DNA from: Balanoglossus misakiensis
Taxonomy: Eukaryota; Animalia; Hemichordata
Length of the DNA: 64,000 nucleotides
Assembly (NCBI GenBank): GCA_040954595.2
Contig: CM082579.2
Coordinates: 306,922 to 370,921 of the forward strand
Reading direction: 5' to 3'
Shown: positions 48,301 through 61,900 of the stretch, in pieces
Layout of the letters: each line of letters begins with the position of its first letter
Position numbering within the stretch: the stretch's first letter is position 1
Notes under the pieces: generated by a model
Seen by the model: the letters and a program-made list of their open reading frames with translations, nothing else
Databases searched by the model: none
Told to the model about the DNA's origin: nothing
Translations under genes and position numbers: made by a program

Positions 48301-50888
48301 GGAATCTGAATTAAAAACAACACAAATCAGAAACTTATCAAAACATGACAATACTCACTGCATGACTAGGGTCAGACTTGTTTAGTCCAGGTACAAAGAG
48401 TTTTTTTATTTGGCCTGTCATTTGAGCTTGAGTTAAATGGTAGAATGGATACGTTTCCAAGCCCTGTGGTTAGTTGCAGCTATCACTATTTGACACACTC
48501 CATTCCCCAGTATTTTTTTCTGTCTGTACTAAACCTGGGCAGATTAATATCAACAAATGTGTACTGTGAGTGACTGACCTGATATCTCCATGAATACCAA
48601 GACTCTGGGAATCCATGGCAACAGATCACAACTGGTCCTTCACCCATCTCAACAAAATGGATTTGATTACCATCCTGAAATAGTCATATACAAATTAAGA
48701 AAAATATTTGGTTATTTCATGCAATCATTCACACATAACTTAACATCATTTCCGATTCGTTTTATGTTATTACTACAACATTATTTCTAACTCACCCTCG
48801 TCTTAATATAGGAGTGACACACTGTCTCAGGTTTGACTGCTGGTGGTGGTTGCTCTTCAAACACCTGTAAACAAAATAGTTCAAGATATCATTTCTTGAA
48901 ATGACAGTTACATAACATTCAGAAATATACACGATGTATAAATTGACTGAACAGATCAATTTTAGATTTGCTACATCTCACATCAACTTGTGTTACTTGC
49001 TGTAGTTCCTTCAATGCAGTTCTTGGGTCTTGCACTTTGATAGTGTGTATTCCCAGCTCACTGGCTGATTTCAGATTTGTACCGATATCATCAAGAAACA
49101 CCGCCTGTTTATAGAACAAAAATAAAATGTCTTGAATAGTATATTAAGGTGGTTAAATCGTTGTTGCAGACTAGGCCATGTCCAGAGTTCTGGACATGTG
49201 GTTAATGCAAAGTTAAACACAGGGGAAAATATTGATCAATTTATCGATGGTGATTTTACAAAGCTTTTCAACAGGATCAGAAAACAGTATTGGCAAATAT
49301 TCATGACGGGGAAAGCTCCATTAAAAGTTTAATAGGACCTCACTTCCTCACTTAGTTATCCTAATTTGTTACTGTTCCATTTATATAGTTATTGAATTCA
49401 CATTATGGTAGCTAATACAAGAGTGTAACAAAATAAACGTCTAGACTTACCTCTGAGGGCGCTACACCCATGGTATCACATGCTATTTTGTAAATCTCAG
49501 GCGATGGTTTCCGTATACCAACTCTGCAGGATTCTACAATATGATCTGCATACTGTCTGAGTATAAGAAAGAGCTGTGAATCTAACTTCTTACTGGATAC
49601 ATCATTGATGTAATTGTTCGTCAAAATACAAGTCTTGAAACCTGTGAAATAAATGAGTTTTGGTAAATTCATATCAATCAAAATCTAACCAACAAATTTC
49701 ACAAGATGGCACACATTGATAAAGACTCTTCATACTACATGTCTTACCATTTCTTCTGAGAGCCAACAGAGCTTGCAGCATACTTGTCACTAATGTGCTA
49801 CCAGTCATGTATTCAAACATTTCATTTGGATCAAAATCTTTGTGAGTCTTCAAGTCACTTTCCTTCATTGCTTCTTCCACCTCTTCTTTATATTCTTTAT
49901 AGAACTGAAAGAGATAAAAATTGACAAATTTTGTTACTTTCCTGTTTAAAGTTGTACACTAATGAATTTTCTTTCAAATGCATAGAAAACAGGGTGTCTT
50001 CATCTTACTTTTTCAGCTGGGGATCTAAAATATTGTGCAAAATGCTGAGTCAGCACTTTTCGTCTACTTTCCGTGTTATAGTTTTCCTATGGTAAAAATA
50101 TCTGAAGGACACTAAAAAATCAAACATGGTGAGATAGTGTGGCCCATTTGTAAAAATTCCAAGAAAATAACATTATTACAACAGAGTTTTCTCATTGTTT
50201 TCCCTACATTTATGGTAATGGTATGTGACAACAATTCACTGCATCTGAGTAGCATTGATTCATAGGAATCTGTATCAATTATTCAAATTAGGAGTAATAC
50301 ATGGAAAACCGCGTCCTACCTCTTTTACTGTTAACTCTCCTCTCTCCATCTTACAAAATGAATTGTCAGGTCTTCCTTTCATCATGACTTCCTCGAGAAA
50401 ACGGCTTCATAATGAAAAAGATAAAAAACAGAGTAAATCAAATTGATATTGTCAATTCCTGTACATATCAGGCATTATTGCCATGAATACATGTGGACAA
50501 TGTTTCCATTCATCCATTGAACTTACGTGTCATCAATGAATATGCAAATTTTAATAGGTGATTTTCAGACCACATAAAACTGTAAATATAATTTTTTTCT
50601 CCAAACTTACCTCGGCAAACCTAACGTTTCTTCATACTTCTTTATTTGCGACTGAGGCGGTGTTATAATGACCCCTCCAATATCGAATATTACCGCTTTC
50701 TTCATTTGTTCCTGTGTCCGTAGTGTTGTAACACTTTCGCTGTTGAATTTTGCGTTTTGCGTGTGGAAAGTTCGTCTGCATAAAACAGCAGCAGACGACC
50801 TGATCTTGAAATCTTTACACAACACTTTCCGAGAAGACTTCGGAAGCCTTTCTATTAGAAAACGACTTAACTTACTTTGCAGCGACAT
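45340..50888 (-). CDS. EPHX2: soluble epoxide hydrolase-like protein (HAD domain plus alpha/beta-hydrolase) with N-terminal extension
   Basis: Exons ~50888-50611, 50404-50320, 49904-49748, 49641-49451, 49104-48985, 48864-48796, 48674-48579, 48306-48228, 48105-48071, 47953-47927, 47703-47618, 47463-47349, 47229-47155, 46764-46731, 46508-46406, 46164-46095, 45820-45740, 45587-45532, 45424-45340. HAD motifs AVIFDIGGV, ILTNN, ESCRVGIRKP and VFLDDIGTNL; EH motifs CHGFPESWYSWRYQ, PDMRGYGDSS, IGHDCSG, FDYQAYFQEP, GPLNWHR, ARDSVL and CGHWTQ. Confidence 0.92.
46823..46906. mobile_element. ~84-bp TTAA-flanked MITE (copy 2) in EPHX2-like intron
   Basis: TTAA|ACCTTTCACC...GGTGAAATGG|TTAA; aligns along its length with 6540-6624 (cagttccctct, agaggtccaa, atagaaaacaat, catagtggtgaaa). 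Confidence 0.75.
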
Positions 50889-51043
50889 GGGTGTCTTCCT
50901 AGCGACGGTACACTTGTTAAAAGTCTAAAAAATGAAAACATGTTCAGAACAAGTTCTGTTTCCGGTCCTGGGTTGTGGTTCTTGATTGATTGATTTGATT
51001 GGTCGAGTGAGAGCGCCACCCTTTGTTGACATATTGAAACAAG
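50889..51043. promoter_or_regulatory. bidirectional promoter between EPHX2-like and CWH43
   Basis: Divergent ATGs at 50888 and 51044 are 155 nt apart. There is a CCAAT (gattgg ~50997), an ETS-like tttccgg, a YY1-like AAGATGGCG over the CWH43 start, and local CpG retention. Confidence 0.75.
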
Positions 51044-54000
51044 ATGGCGTCCCGCAGAAAGCGTGGAGCTGGAGACTCATCTTCCGAAGTCAAAGAAACT
51101 GTAAAAGAAGAATCGAAGGAAGATCCTAAAGTGGAAGAGTTAGGGCAAGATGACGAACCCAAATCGGAGGAAGATGTACCACATCATGTTGTTGGTCTTA
51201 GTTTCATTAGACCTCTGTTTACAGAGGCAGTGATAGGTATGTACCGCACCTGTAGGCTGTACTGTATATACTGTTGTCAATGTCACCGTGACGCCCGCCT
51301 AGAAACTAGATCTTGGATCCTTCTACAATATTGCGTACAACAGGATTGGAACACAGGTTTTGACTGTGGACATGATCCCGGTAAACAACTTTGGAAATTT
51401 CGAAGTATTCGCCTATATCGGCGTTGTTTTGTGTCTGTATCAGTGTATGTGTGACACTGACAATCCCTGATTTATTGTCATCCTTTTGTCATTGCCACAT
51501 GTATATACGATAGATATACCCCCCAACTTTGTTTTATGGTATGATCCATTAAATGTACATAAATATAGCACTTGTATCACACCTGTGTTAAAAAATCAGA
51601 CTTCAATTACAAGAGGGGACCTTGCCTTGTTTGTAAATTGTATATGCATGTTTAGTTCCTTTAAAAATGTGATCTTTTATTCTTTTTACAGGATACATTT
51701 TCTGGACAGTTGTACATTCTTTTGGTGCCATGATATGGTTCTTCCCATTACAAGTACTTGAAATCTCCGGCTATGAAGCCTTTGGAATCCTGTGGCCCAT
51801 TACACCATTGCTGTGTGGTATTGGGCCTCTATTTGCTTTCCTACAAACCAAAATGGGTTTAACCCTTCTTAGGCTTGGTATGGTGGCGAGTTTAGCATCA
51901 TTCCAAACAACGTCAACTGTGTCTCGACTTCTGATTCTTGCATTTGGAAATGTGTGTGCCATCCTGCTGTTGTGTGCGAGCTGGTTTAATAAGAGTGCCT
52001 ATCAACGGTAAGTATAAACTGAAAAGTCAAGTCTTCTGTGAGAGTTTGTGAAATATCTTTCTCATACTAAGGTAGATGGTGTTTACCAGGCTTCACAACA
52101 AGCAGTATGTTTTATTCAAAGTAAAAACACTCTTCATTTCATCCGTTCATTGCTCTGTACATGCATCAAAGTCATTCATGTACTCAGCACCTATTGAAGT
52201 TCTGTGTTTTACATTCATTCTCTGATCATTAATTTTATTATTTGTCTGACTTTTCATGTCCATAGGTCAGTGTCATTCTGGGGATTTATGTTGGGATACA
52301 TGGCATTGTTAGCAAGTCGTATCTGGTATGTGTCTCTGACACCAGCATGGGCTGATCATACCAGTAACATGGTCATCATAGCCTTTGGAGTTATTGCTGT
52401 GATGGATAGATTAATTGCATGTGAGTAATCAGAGAGACTCTGAGACAGATCCAATGTTAGTATTCAATCATTCAAATAAAGGAAAGGGAAATTTCACAGC
52501 CAACATCTCTTGTCCTTTAATGGCTAATACAGAGCTGATCCTAAGACCATGCATTTTCATTGTGTGATTTCTTAATACTGTAGGAACATTGAAGACAATA
52601 AAACAAACACGTTTTATAAATGGAAGACTCTGTAAATTTATAGGCATTTTGTTACTTTTATTACAGATGTCTTCCCGTGGCCAGAAACTCGGTCCAAGAG
52701 TGACAAGACGCCAAAGTGGTATTTGTGCGGATTTGGATTTGGCAGTCTCATGTTTTTAACTCATTTTATCTTTGGTGAAGTGTCTGTAGCTTGCAGATGG
52801 GTAGGTTTGGGATATCCTACTGGAGGACCACAGCCAAATCCTTGGGGGTAAATCTACATACAGTTTTTATCTGCACAGCCATATAGGTCTTATATTGATA
52901 ATTCAGTATAGCAGATATAGACTTAGTGCAGAAATTCATTGGAATAAGAAGGATATGTCTTTCCTTGGTAATTAGTAATTCTTTTATCTTTTCTCTCTAT
53001 GCAGGGCAGCCATTTTGATCGAATTGACAACAGGTTTCCTCCTCTCATCCAAACAACGTCTGCCAGAGAATTATCTGTGGTGGTGGTTTGTGTGTGCTCA
53101 TAGCGCCATTGGTCTCGTCTTCCTCAGAAGTTTCTTTGGATTATCATGTGCCATTATCCTAGCATTGTATGTGGCATCCATCTGGCCAGAAATGTCTGAT
53201 AGATTTTCATCATCACCCGTGGCAAAGACTGCCTCCTTGGCTCTTTTCACTTACTTGTTTCAACAACTGTTCTGTGTCTGGGTCACAGCGTACAACTTTG
53301 TTCCATTAGGTGTACTGACAAGGTAATTATATTCACTTGATGTACACAATATTCATTCCAAGCCAAGAAATTCCATTTCCACACACTTGCTTGCTTGCTG
53401 CCCTCAGGGAGAGTAATTCAAATTCTATTGTTTCTCACACAGAGAACGTACCTTTGTTTTGGTTGTCATGGTAGTATTTATGATTGGTTTTGCCATGGGA
53501 CGTGGCGATGCCAAGGACCATGGTGACAGAAGTACCACACACATTGCGTATGCCAATATTGATGGCAGTGGACCTTACACTGTGTATGCAGATTTCAAAA
53601 TCTGTAAGTCTGTTTCCCACACTTGTATTAGCAGCAGATGGTAATTCTTTGTTTTTACATGCACAAAGCAGATTCACTATTTTGGCATAAGGAATACATG
53701 TATAGCAGGCATACTGTGGTGTAAGATGCTTAGTGTATTAAACATCTCATGATGTGGACACTGTTCTCTGAAATTCCACTTGACTTGCTCTGGTCAGACC
53801 TGGCTCAATGACAACTCAATTGGGACATAATTTCACTTGTCCTTTTTTGTCAAAATGCCTTTAACAATGTTTCATGACCTCGATGTTCAACCATTGTTGG
53901 ATAGTGGGCAGATATTTCACCCTGACATGATTTGACAAAAAATAACCCTCCACTTTGTGTTGATCTTTGCAGTGTTAACTGTTATTACATTAATGGGATT

Positions 54001-56007
54001 GCTTGGGTTTGCATCTCGCATGGCTCCACAACGGTTGATCCAGCCGCCTGTGAAAGAGGATCCGAAAGTGTTTAGTTCATTGATATGGCCTGTTCGATTT
54101 ATGTATGACAATGATGGGTGGCCCAGTTTTGAGAGAGCAGCAACGGTCCTCAATGATACAGGTAATAATATTTTGCATTTAGTGTATTGGTATTGTGGAG
54201 TGAAATTTCCATTTGCAAGCTATCTCATTGTGTACCTTTGTATGGTTTGGTACTGATGATTAAATTCTGATTATATCTCCTAATATTGCAGAAGTGGACG
54301 TGATTGCATTCCTAGAGAGTGATGCATCCAAACCGTTCCTTGGCAACAATGACATCACAATGTGGATGTCAGAAAAACTAAAAATGCATTCTGACTTTGG
54401 ACCGTCAACAAAAGATCACACCTGGGGGTAAAGTGAAATGAAATCCTGTAGTGTCTGGCATCAAACAGTTCTACAATGGTTGCTTAATTTATTCATTGAG
54501 ACATTGTACTTAATAAGTTGGCATACATGTAGTTCTGTTTCATTGCAATTCTTCAGCTGTATGAATCTAAATGATTGTAATTTCAATTAAATAAACAAAT
54601 GGCTGTGTGGAAATTGAATGTATTACAAAACTTAATCAAGAACTACAAAATAAGGATTGTACCTTTAATCCTAATGACTTTCTTTTTAATTATTGCATTT
54701 GCAGAAATAATCTTCTTTCCAAATACCCCATTGTTAGTTCTGACCACCTTCTACTACCTTCCCCACACGGAGAGTTAGCACCAGGGATACATGCAGTACT
54801 CAATATATCAGGAACATTGGTGGATTTTGTCACCACACACAATGGCAATGATGGGTATGTAATCAGTTGGTCAGGTGACTGTCATGTGTCTAGGGTGTCA
54901 TGTGATCATTGCTTGAAGGCTTTGTATGCTCTAGGTAAATCCAAGAAAGTCCTTGAAAACATCTGAGAATTTTAAATTAATAGCCTGCTCATAATTATAG
55001 CATGATTTTATTATTGTTTTATATAGGGATGATCTTGATAGGAAATTGCAGACTGAGTTTCTTGCCAACATTACAAGAAACAGTACTCGACCACTGGTGT
55101 TCATGGGTTATGTAACATCTAAACCCGGCAGTAGAGATTACAGAGTTCTTAAGAATTGGGGAAGACTAAAAGTAAGTCTCAGTGGTTGGATTTATGTGTT
55201 GAATTCATTCTGAAAAGAAAGTCTTCTTCAGTATCTTTCTGTCAATAATATTATTCTATCTTTTTACAGGATATTGATGCAGAGGACAAGAAAAGGTTTT
55301 GTTTGTACATTATGTACAGAAAGCTTATCAGGTTTGTACTTTTATTAGTCCCATGGACAAAAACACAATTGTAGCTATGACCTGATTATCAGTTGCAGCT
55401 ATTAAAACAAGAACTTACTGGCACAATGGTAAATATGCAATCGTCAAAGAATAATGCAAATGATCATAGAGTTGGGTGGCTGTTATATGACAGTGTCTCC
55501 CCCCCCTCACAATTTTGATTGATTTCTGCCACAGAGTTGGATATGCTCGCATTTCACGTTCAACAATAACTGACACTGAAATCCAGTTGGCCAAATTCCG
55601 GATACCAGATGATCTAGACAACTATGAAGACAACGAGATAACAACAATCAAATTGGAAGATGTCGATCCATCGCTGCACTTTTCATCTGTGTAAGTGTCG
55701 TCTTGTATTCTTCATAGAAATTACTGTAGTTGTCTCAAGACCATTGTTGTTAGAGACATATAGATATCTTGGTCAATACAGAAGGACTATCTAACCACAA
55801 GTTATTTTACACACGACACAAAAAACATTTCAGTGAGAACTATTGTGTCTTTGACAATGACATGTTATTATTTTTTCTCTCATTTCCAGGTTTGGTGAAT
55901 ATTATCCTACTCACTGGCATCCTAATAGTCATCATTACCACATGGCAACACCGAAGTATTTTATAGACAAGGCAAAGAGAGAACAAGGCAAAGATAGAGA
56001 GAACTAG
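51044..56007 (+). CDS. CWH43: PGAP2-interacting protein / CWH43 (GPI lipid remodelling; multi-TM region plus C-terminal EEP-like domain)
   Basis: Exons ~51044-51236, 51692-52007, 52266-52420, 52667-52847, 53005-53322, 53443-53603, 53972-54161, 54292-54427, 54705-54855, 55027-55171, 55270-55331, 55534-55690, 55890-56007. Motifs [107 protein letters not shown] and [11 protein letters not shown]. Confidence 0.93.
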
Positions 56008-58960
56008 GAATTAATGTTTCAGTACTAACAGCAACAAGTTACTTTAAAACTAGTTTTATGGGCTTATCTGTAACAGATGTACACACATTTGAAAGAAACT
56101 CAGTCTTATTGTGTAGATGCAATTTAGAATCAGGTAAAAGTGGTGGAAGTGTGATTGATAAATTGATGTCTAAGAAACTTACATTGAAATAAAAGAAATG
56201 CATGATGTGAATACTTTGATGTTTTTTTCAAACCTGAAATTATGATACTATATCAAATCAGAGTTTGATGATTGAATGAAGAAGTTTGAGTAAAAAAAAA
56301 ACAATCAAGATCTTCATGTATTTATTGGGTAGTAAATGTACATTTTCTGTCACTTTTCAGTCGGGTGTTCATTAGTTTTCTATCAGTTCTTATTTTTATA
56401 TGTGAAATGTGATGTTTTATACAAGTAAAATAAAGGAACCTTGTCATTGTCTAGCAATGAGTTGGTATAAGTTGGTTATTGAGCACTATATGTATGTATG
56501 TAAAGTAAGGGTAGTTGGAGAAACGATCTCTACAACGTTGTTTCGTGAGTCACTGGACTCACTCATCAGGAGACTAAACTGGCCAGTCTTGGTGCTTCAC
56601 GTCGCATGCAATCAAGGGTTGTCTAGATATTTACACCTCTGCATAGAGTAGGCTTTCCTGAATTTTGAAATTCGTTTCTCACTCTCCCCCATCAGAGGAC
56701 ATCCGTGGAGGTAAGTCCATAAATTCATCAGATTGATGTACACTGGATGCTCCCACAGACCGACCTGGGGTTTCATACTGTTATGGCAAGGTGTACTAGT
56801 GAAAAACATTTTTATTTTGATGTTGTCAATACTAGATTACATTAAGCTACATACACGATCCAAAATGTTCTGGAGTAGCAGAAATATCAGGATGACTATT
56901 ATGATCTTTTTTTCACGTTTCGCGCAATTTATGGCAACTTGAATGGAGTTACAAATAATACTATACAGTACCTGAAGAAAAAAAGAGTTGCAATTTAAAA
57001 ATAATGAAGTAAAAGTCTATTATTACATCACATGGTTACTACATCAATTCCTGACTATGATTTGACACTGCACACATCTGTATTCCACACAATCGTCATG
57101 GTCACCCGTTTTACAAAATTTGAATCAAACAGAATGATGACTGAAATTGGAAGCTGAATGTATTTGCATGTATCAACATTTCTCTGTAATTATAAAATAT
57201 TGGATAATTGGAAATGTTCACCTGATGGAAATTAAATTTGTGATCATAATTGTGGGTAATTAAATATTGCACTGCACTGAATGTCTAACTGTTTAAACTT
57301 AATATTTCAGAGGCATAACAGTCATCTCATGTTACAAATAAAACAAAATAGAAGATAAGGCTTGGGTGAATCACCATGGGTGGTCTTATTTCATAACATA
57401 CACTGAGGTATATCCACAAACATCTTAATATATAAATATGACAAAAGGATTTGAAATCTACAGTTCCAGGGAATTCCTAGCTCTCTGTAACTATTTTATT
57501 ACAGGACAGCAGTTTGTCAGTCTTTGCATTCTTTATACTAATCTGTAGTTAGATGTTGGCATTTTTATTAAGGGCCAAATTTGAATTATGTATTCAGACA
57601 TAAGCCACTATGTGAAACATACTTCTTATTGACATATACACACTATATATACAGTTTGTTGAAACATTAACGACTTCTTAACTAATAATTTAGGACTGAT
57701 CTTCCATTTTACATATACACATAGATGTACAGCAGAAGTCTACATCAGGCTATGAGGCCATTTCTCAAGATTTTCTGCTCTGATGCAAATTAGTAAAGTA
57801 TGGCTTTGTGTATTATTGACATTTTTATATAGCTGCATGTTAAGTCCAAAGATACTAGAAATCAGACAAACAAACATTCCATGGACTGCAAGGCGAGTTT
57901 TTACATGCCTGTATTATATCACATACATCTACAGCACTTTTTTCAACAATAAATACTAGACTATTACTGATCTGCTCATGTGCAGTTGGACATTTAGTTG
58001 ACAGAAGTCAAGTTTGAGTGTAGTACTACCACAAACCCTAATGCACTACTTAAATCTTTTGCACTTTTCTGTACCACAACTGTCGTCACATTGACATTAT
58101 TCACAGTCAGGGATACCTCCTACAGTAGTTTTGACTTTTAGAGTATAATTATCTGTGATAATTTTCAAATAATTCGGAAACACTACGTCTACGGACTTGA
58201 AATCACTTACTCCTTAGAATGGTCCATTTAAATTAGAACAGGAATGTTTTACTTCATCAATACATCAAAAAAAGTTATATTAAATGTATCACGCATATTC
58301 GTCATAGCAACCACTGGCAAGGTATCCAAGTCTGAAATATGCAAATTAATATTTTCATAACCATACATTCTGGCATTTTGTTGGTTAGAGCAACTTTGTT
58401 ACGACACCATGTTGTACTCCGCTGAATGAGGTGAAAGCATAAGAGAATGCTGTGCAGTGCAAGTAAAAGACGTCCCTCCCTGTACCCTACATCTGATTTT
58501 AATCAGATTATCTGCTGAACTGTCTCTTCATCTCTAATGAGAAACTCTATTTTTCTACCAATACTGCCAGCAAGTAAGGTCGTACAAGTGTTATTGGCCT
58601 TGAAAGATTCTTCTTCCCCATTCTTGCCCTCTTGCATGTGATAGATGGGCCAATTCATATCAAACAAGGAGCTCTTTCTCTTTCTCTCTCCAGATATCAC
58701 CACAGCTCATCCAAGGCATATATCACCCATGCACCCTGGGACAATATATGTAGATCAGATACAGTTTGCAAAGAATAAGCGTTTAACAATGTCCTGTGCA
58801 ATGCTCTGCATATTTTCTACTGCTGAATTTGAGCAGATAGTGAATGGCTGAGGCTGGAATCATAACACATTTTGCAATGAAGTTCCTGTCATTCACAGCT
58901 CAAACAGAATGAAATACATTCTTGCAACTGCTTTGAATCTCTTTCTTCACTTTCAATATT

Positions 58961-61900
58961 TTAATTTTGACCTTCAACCTTTGGTTCAACTTTGACCTCC
59001 AAATCTTCACTCATAGATTCCTGACCTTTCAACTCGTGGCTTACAACCTCTGCCTCATCACCTTTCAACTCTTGACCCTCCAAATGGGCCTCATCACTTT
59101 TGACCTCTGAACCTTCGACTTCTGACCCTGCCCCATCTTTCATGTTTGAAACTCCCTCTTCAGTAACTTTGACCTCCTGTTTAGGGTCAGCGTCATCACC
59201 TTCCCCCTTTGAACTCTCTTCCCCCTTTGAACTCTCTTCTGATTTCACTTCCTCACTATCAGGTGTTGATAGTTCTCCAGAATTCTCAAATCCCACTTCC
59301 TTCTTCTCAGTCTCGTCTTCAACATAGATGATATCTTCAGGGTTGGGTGCAGCAGGTAGAAACTCCTCCCCTGGACAGATTTTTTCAAACAATTTCTTGG
59401 CCTACAATAAATACAACAGAAGCAAAAGTGTTCAAATTCAAACAAAAACATTTACCGCATAAAGGAGGCAGACGCTAATGAAAATGTTGAACGGGAACCC
59501 ATTGGTACGTAGTCATTTTTGGAGTGGCAGAAATATTGCTGAAGTTCCAAACAAAACTACTGTAAAAATAATGTCATTAATAATATGTATATTCCCAGTT
59601 TATGTAATCCTACAACATGGGTTAGCAATACCTGTATGACAGCATGTTCAAAACCAATGGAAGGTCCAGGCCCAGATGTTACCAGAACATTCTCTGGTAA
59701 ACCAGTGAATGCCTCCTCCACACATTGGGATGTATCTGTCTGGTTGAAGTACATACACCACAACACTTTGGGTTTATCCATTTCCTCTGTAGGGGTGGCT
59801 GCTTCAGCACCTTCACATTCTGAAATATATGACAAATATAATGTTATTCAAATTCAAATATATTAAGATGTGTGAAAGTTTAGGTGAATAAAAGTTGTCT
59901 CAACTTTGTCCATATATAACTTACTTTCCTCTGATGGATGGAAGAGTACATTGACAGCATACTGCAAATCTTCCTTGGCTGTACTGTAGTCTGTCCCTTT
60001 GCATGTCATGTGTACAACATCTATCATATGCAATAGACAAGAGAGCTGATTATGAAAAAGAATCTCAAAAAAGAAACATTTTGATTCCACACGTAAATAA
60101 TTCTCTTTGGAGAACAACCTTATCAAACCTACTGTGGTCAGTCCAAAAATGGCCAATTTTCATGATAAAAGTGAAATTATGGCTACAAACTGAGTCTCTT
60201 TTGTGTAGACACCAACTGTAGTAGCTATTAGACAGATTGATACTTACACATTCCCTTGGGACATGCATATGCACAATGGTTGAGTTCAATCAAAGTGATA
60301 GGATTCCGACCAGACACTGGTGGTATTGTCAGAAGTGTCACCTGGAACAAAATTATTGAAATAATGGCAACGATTAGCAATATTTTGTGCAGTGGAACAG
60401 GTCCACACCAAACAATGCCTAAACCAGACAAATTTTCCCTGCTAGATAGTCAAATCATGATGTAAATATTCTAAGAAATTGAACACCTCTGTAAGTGTTC
60501 TGAATTCTAAATTCTGATAACGACAAGCTCACCTGGTCTTCAGTTCCTGGTTTGAGTGATCTGTCAGTGAAAAATATTCCTCTTGAAACACATCTGTAAT
60601 GAAAAGTACAAAATGTAGTGTATCAGATTTTGAGTCACTGCCTTCAAATGTTGCCTTTCAGCACAATATCTTATCTCTCATAGATGCAAATGTATGGGTG
60701 TAGTCATATTCTTACTTACCCCATCAGTTCTGGTTTACTGTGTTGATGAGGAACGTAACTGCCTTCCATTATTACCCATCTATAAACAAATATTAATACC
60801 AAAGAAATAAGATCACATGAAATTAATTTTGCTGTACAATCAATTTACTTATTAATAGTTGTCATAAAAACTAAATTCCAAAATGTAATGAATACTGGCA
60901 ATTTTGCAGAATTTCTCAGGTTCAGCATCTTCACAAGAAAATGATGATCTGTACCACAGCTATTGTAGATAAAACTCTAAAAACTCACCTACAGTTTAAC
61001 CTTTGGCCTTCAGAATCAATAATTCCTTTACACCTGAAACAAACATGTATAGAATACGAGAAAAAATGTGGCATCACTGCTATACAACAATGTCAATGTT
61101 CAAAACCTTTCAACTATATCACATTCAGAGTAATATTTTCCAGTTTCCTTGAAAAGTAATGCATTAAAGACACTAAATGTCACTTACAATTTGGATTGTT
61201 CATCAATGATTAACGCATGTCCGTTTCTTCGCAGTACATAGATACCAGCAAATACTGCACACATCCTGGAAACACAAAACAAATGTGTTTAAGTTACAAA
61301 TCCAAGCATCACCCAAACTGACATATTGGACAAACTCACATTTTGGGTAAAAAAAAAACTCACCTGCAGAAACATTGTGGAAGTTCACCTGAACCATACA
61401 GAGGCCAAAGGAATGGTGTGTTACCATAGCGACCAAGAGAATGAAGAAAATGATGGGTGGCTTTCAAACCCTTAATTAGAAAATAAAATTAAAAGTCATG
61501 GTTATTATGCAATAACGTAATTAAAGTTTATCTACCTGGCAGCCATAACATTTGGCCTTTACATGAGTTGCCAAAAACAATATTCTAAGTAATTGCTATG
61601 TTACATTAAATTTTTATTCCCAATTATCATCATACTTTCAATAATACATTCCATGACAACAAATTTTACACTGTACCTCTAGTGTTGGAGTTTGATCAGT
61701 TACCATAGCAATAGAATGCTGAACAAAATGCTGCAAGTTTGCAGTTAGTTTCCTGGTTTTCAAAAATTCAACAAAAGGCTTGTCTTCAAATTCTGTAAGG
61801 AGATAAATCACACACAAGATACAAACTGTTCATTCCAGTAAAATTTTCATTTCTCTCAAGACTAGAATTTGTGATTCAACTGAAATAAGAATAAATCTGA

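Noticed and set aside
50672-50700. HAD motif I reads DIGG rather than DxD
   Set aside because: Absence of the second Asp is, as recalled, usual in non-mammalian sEH and in ACAD10, so it is not novel alone.
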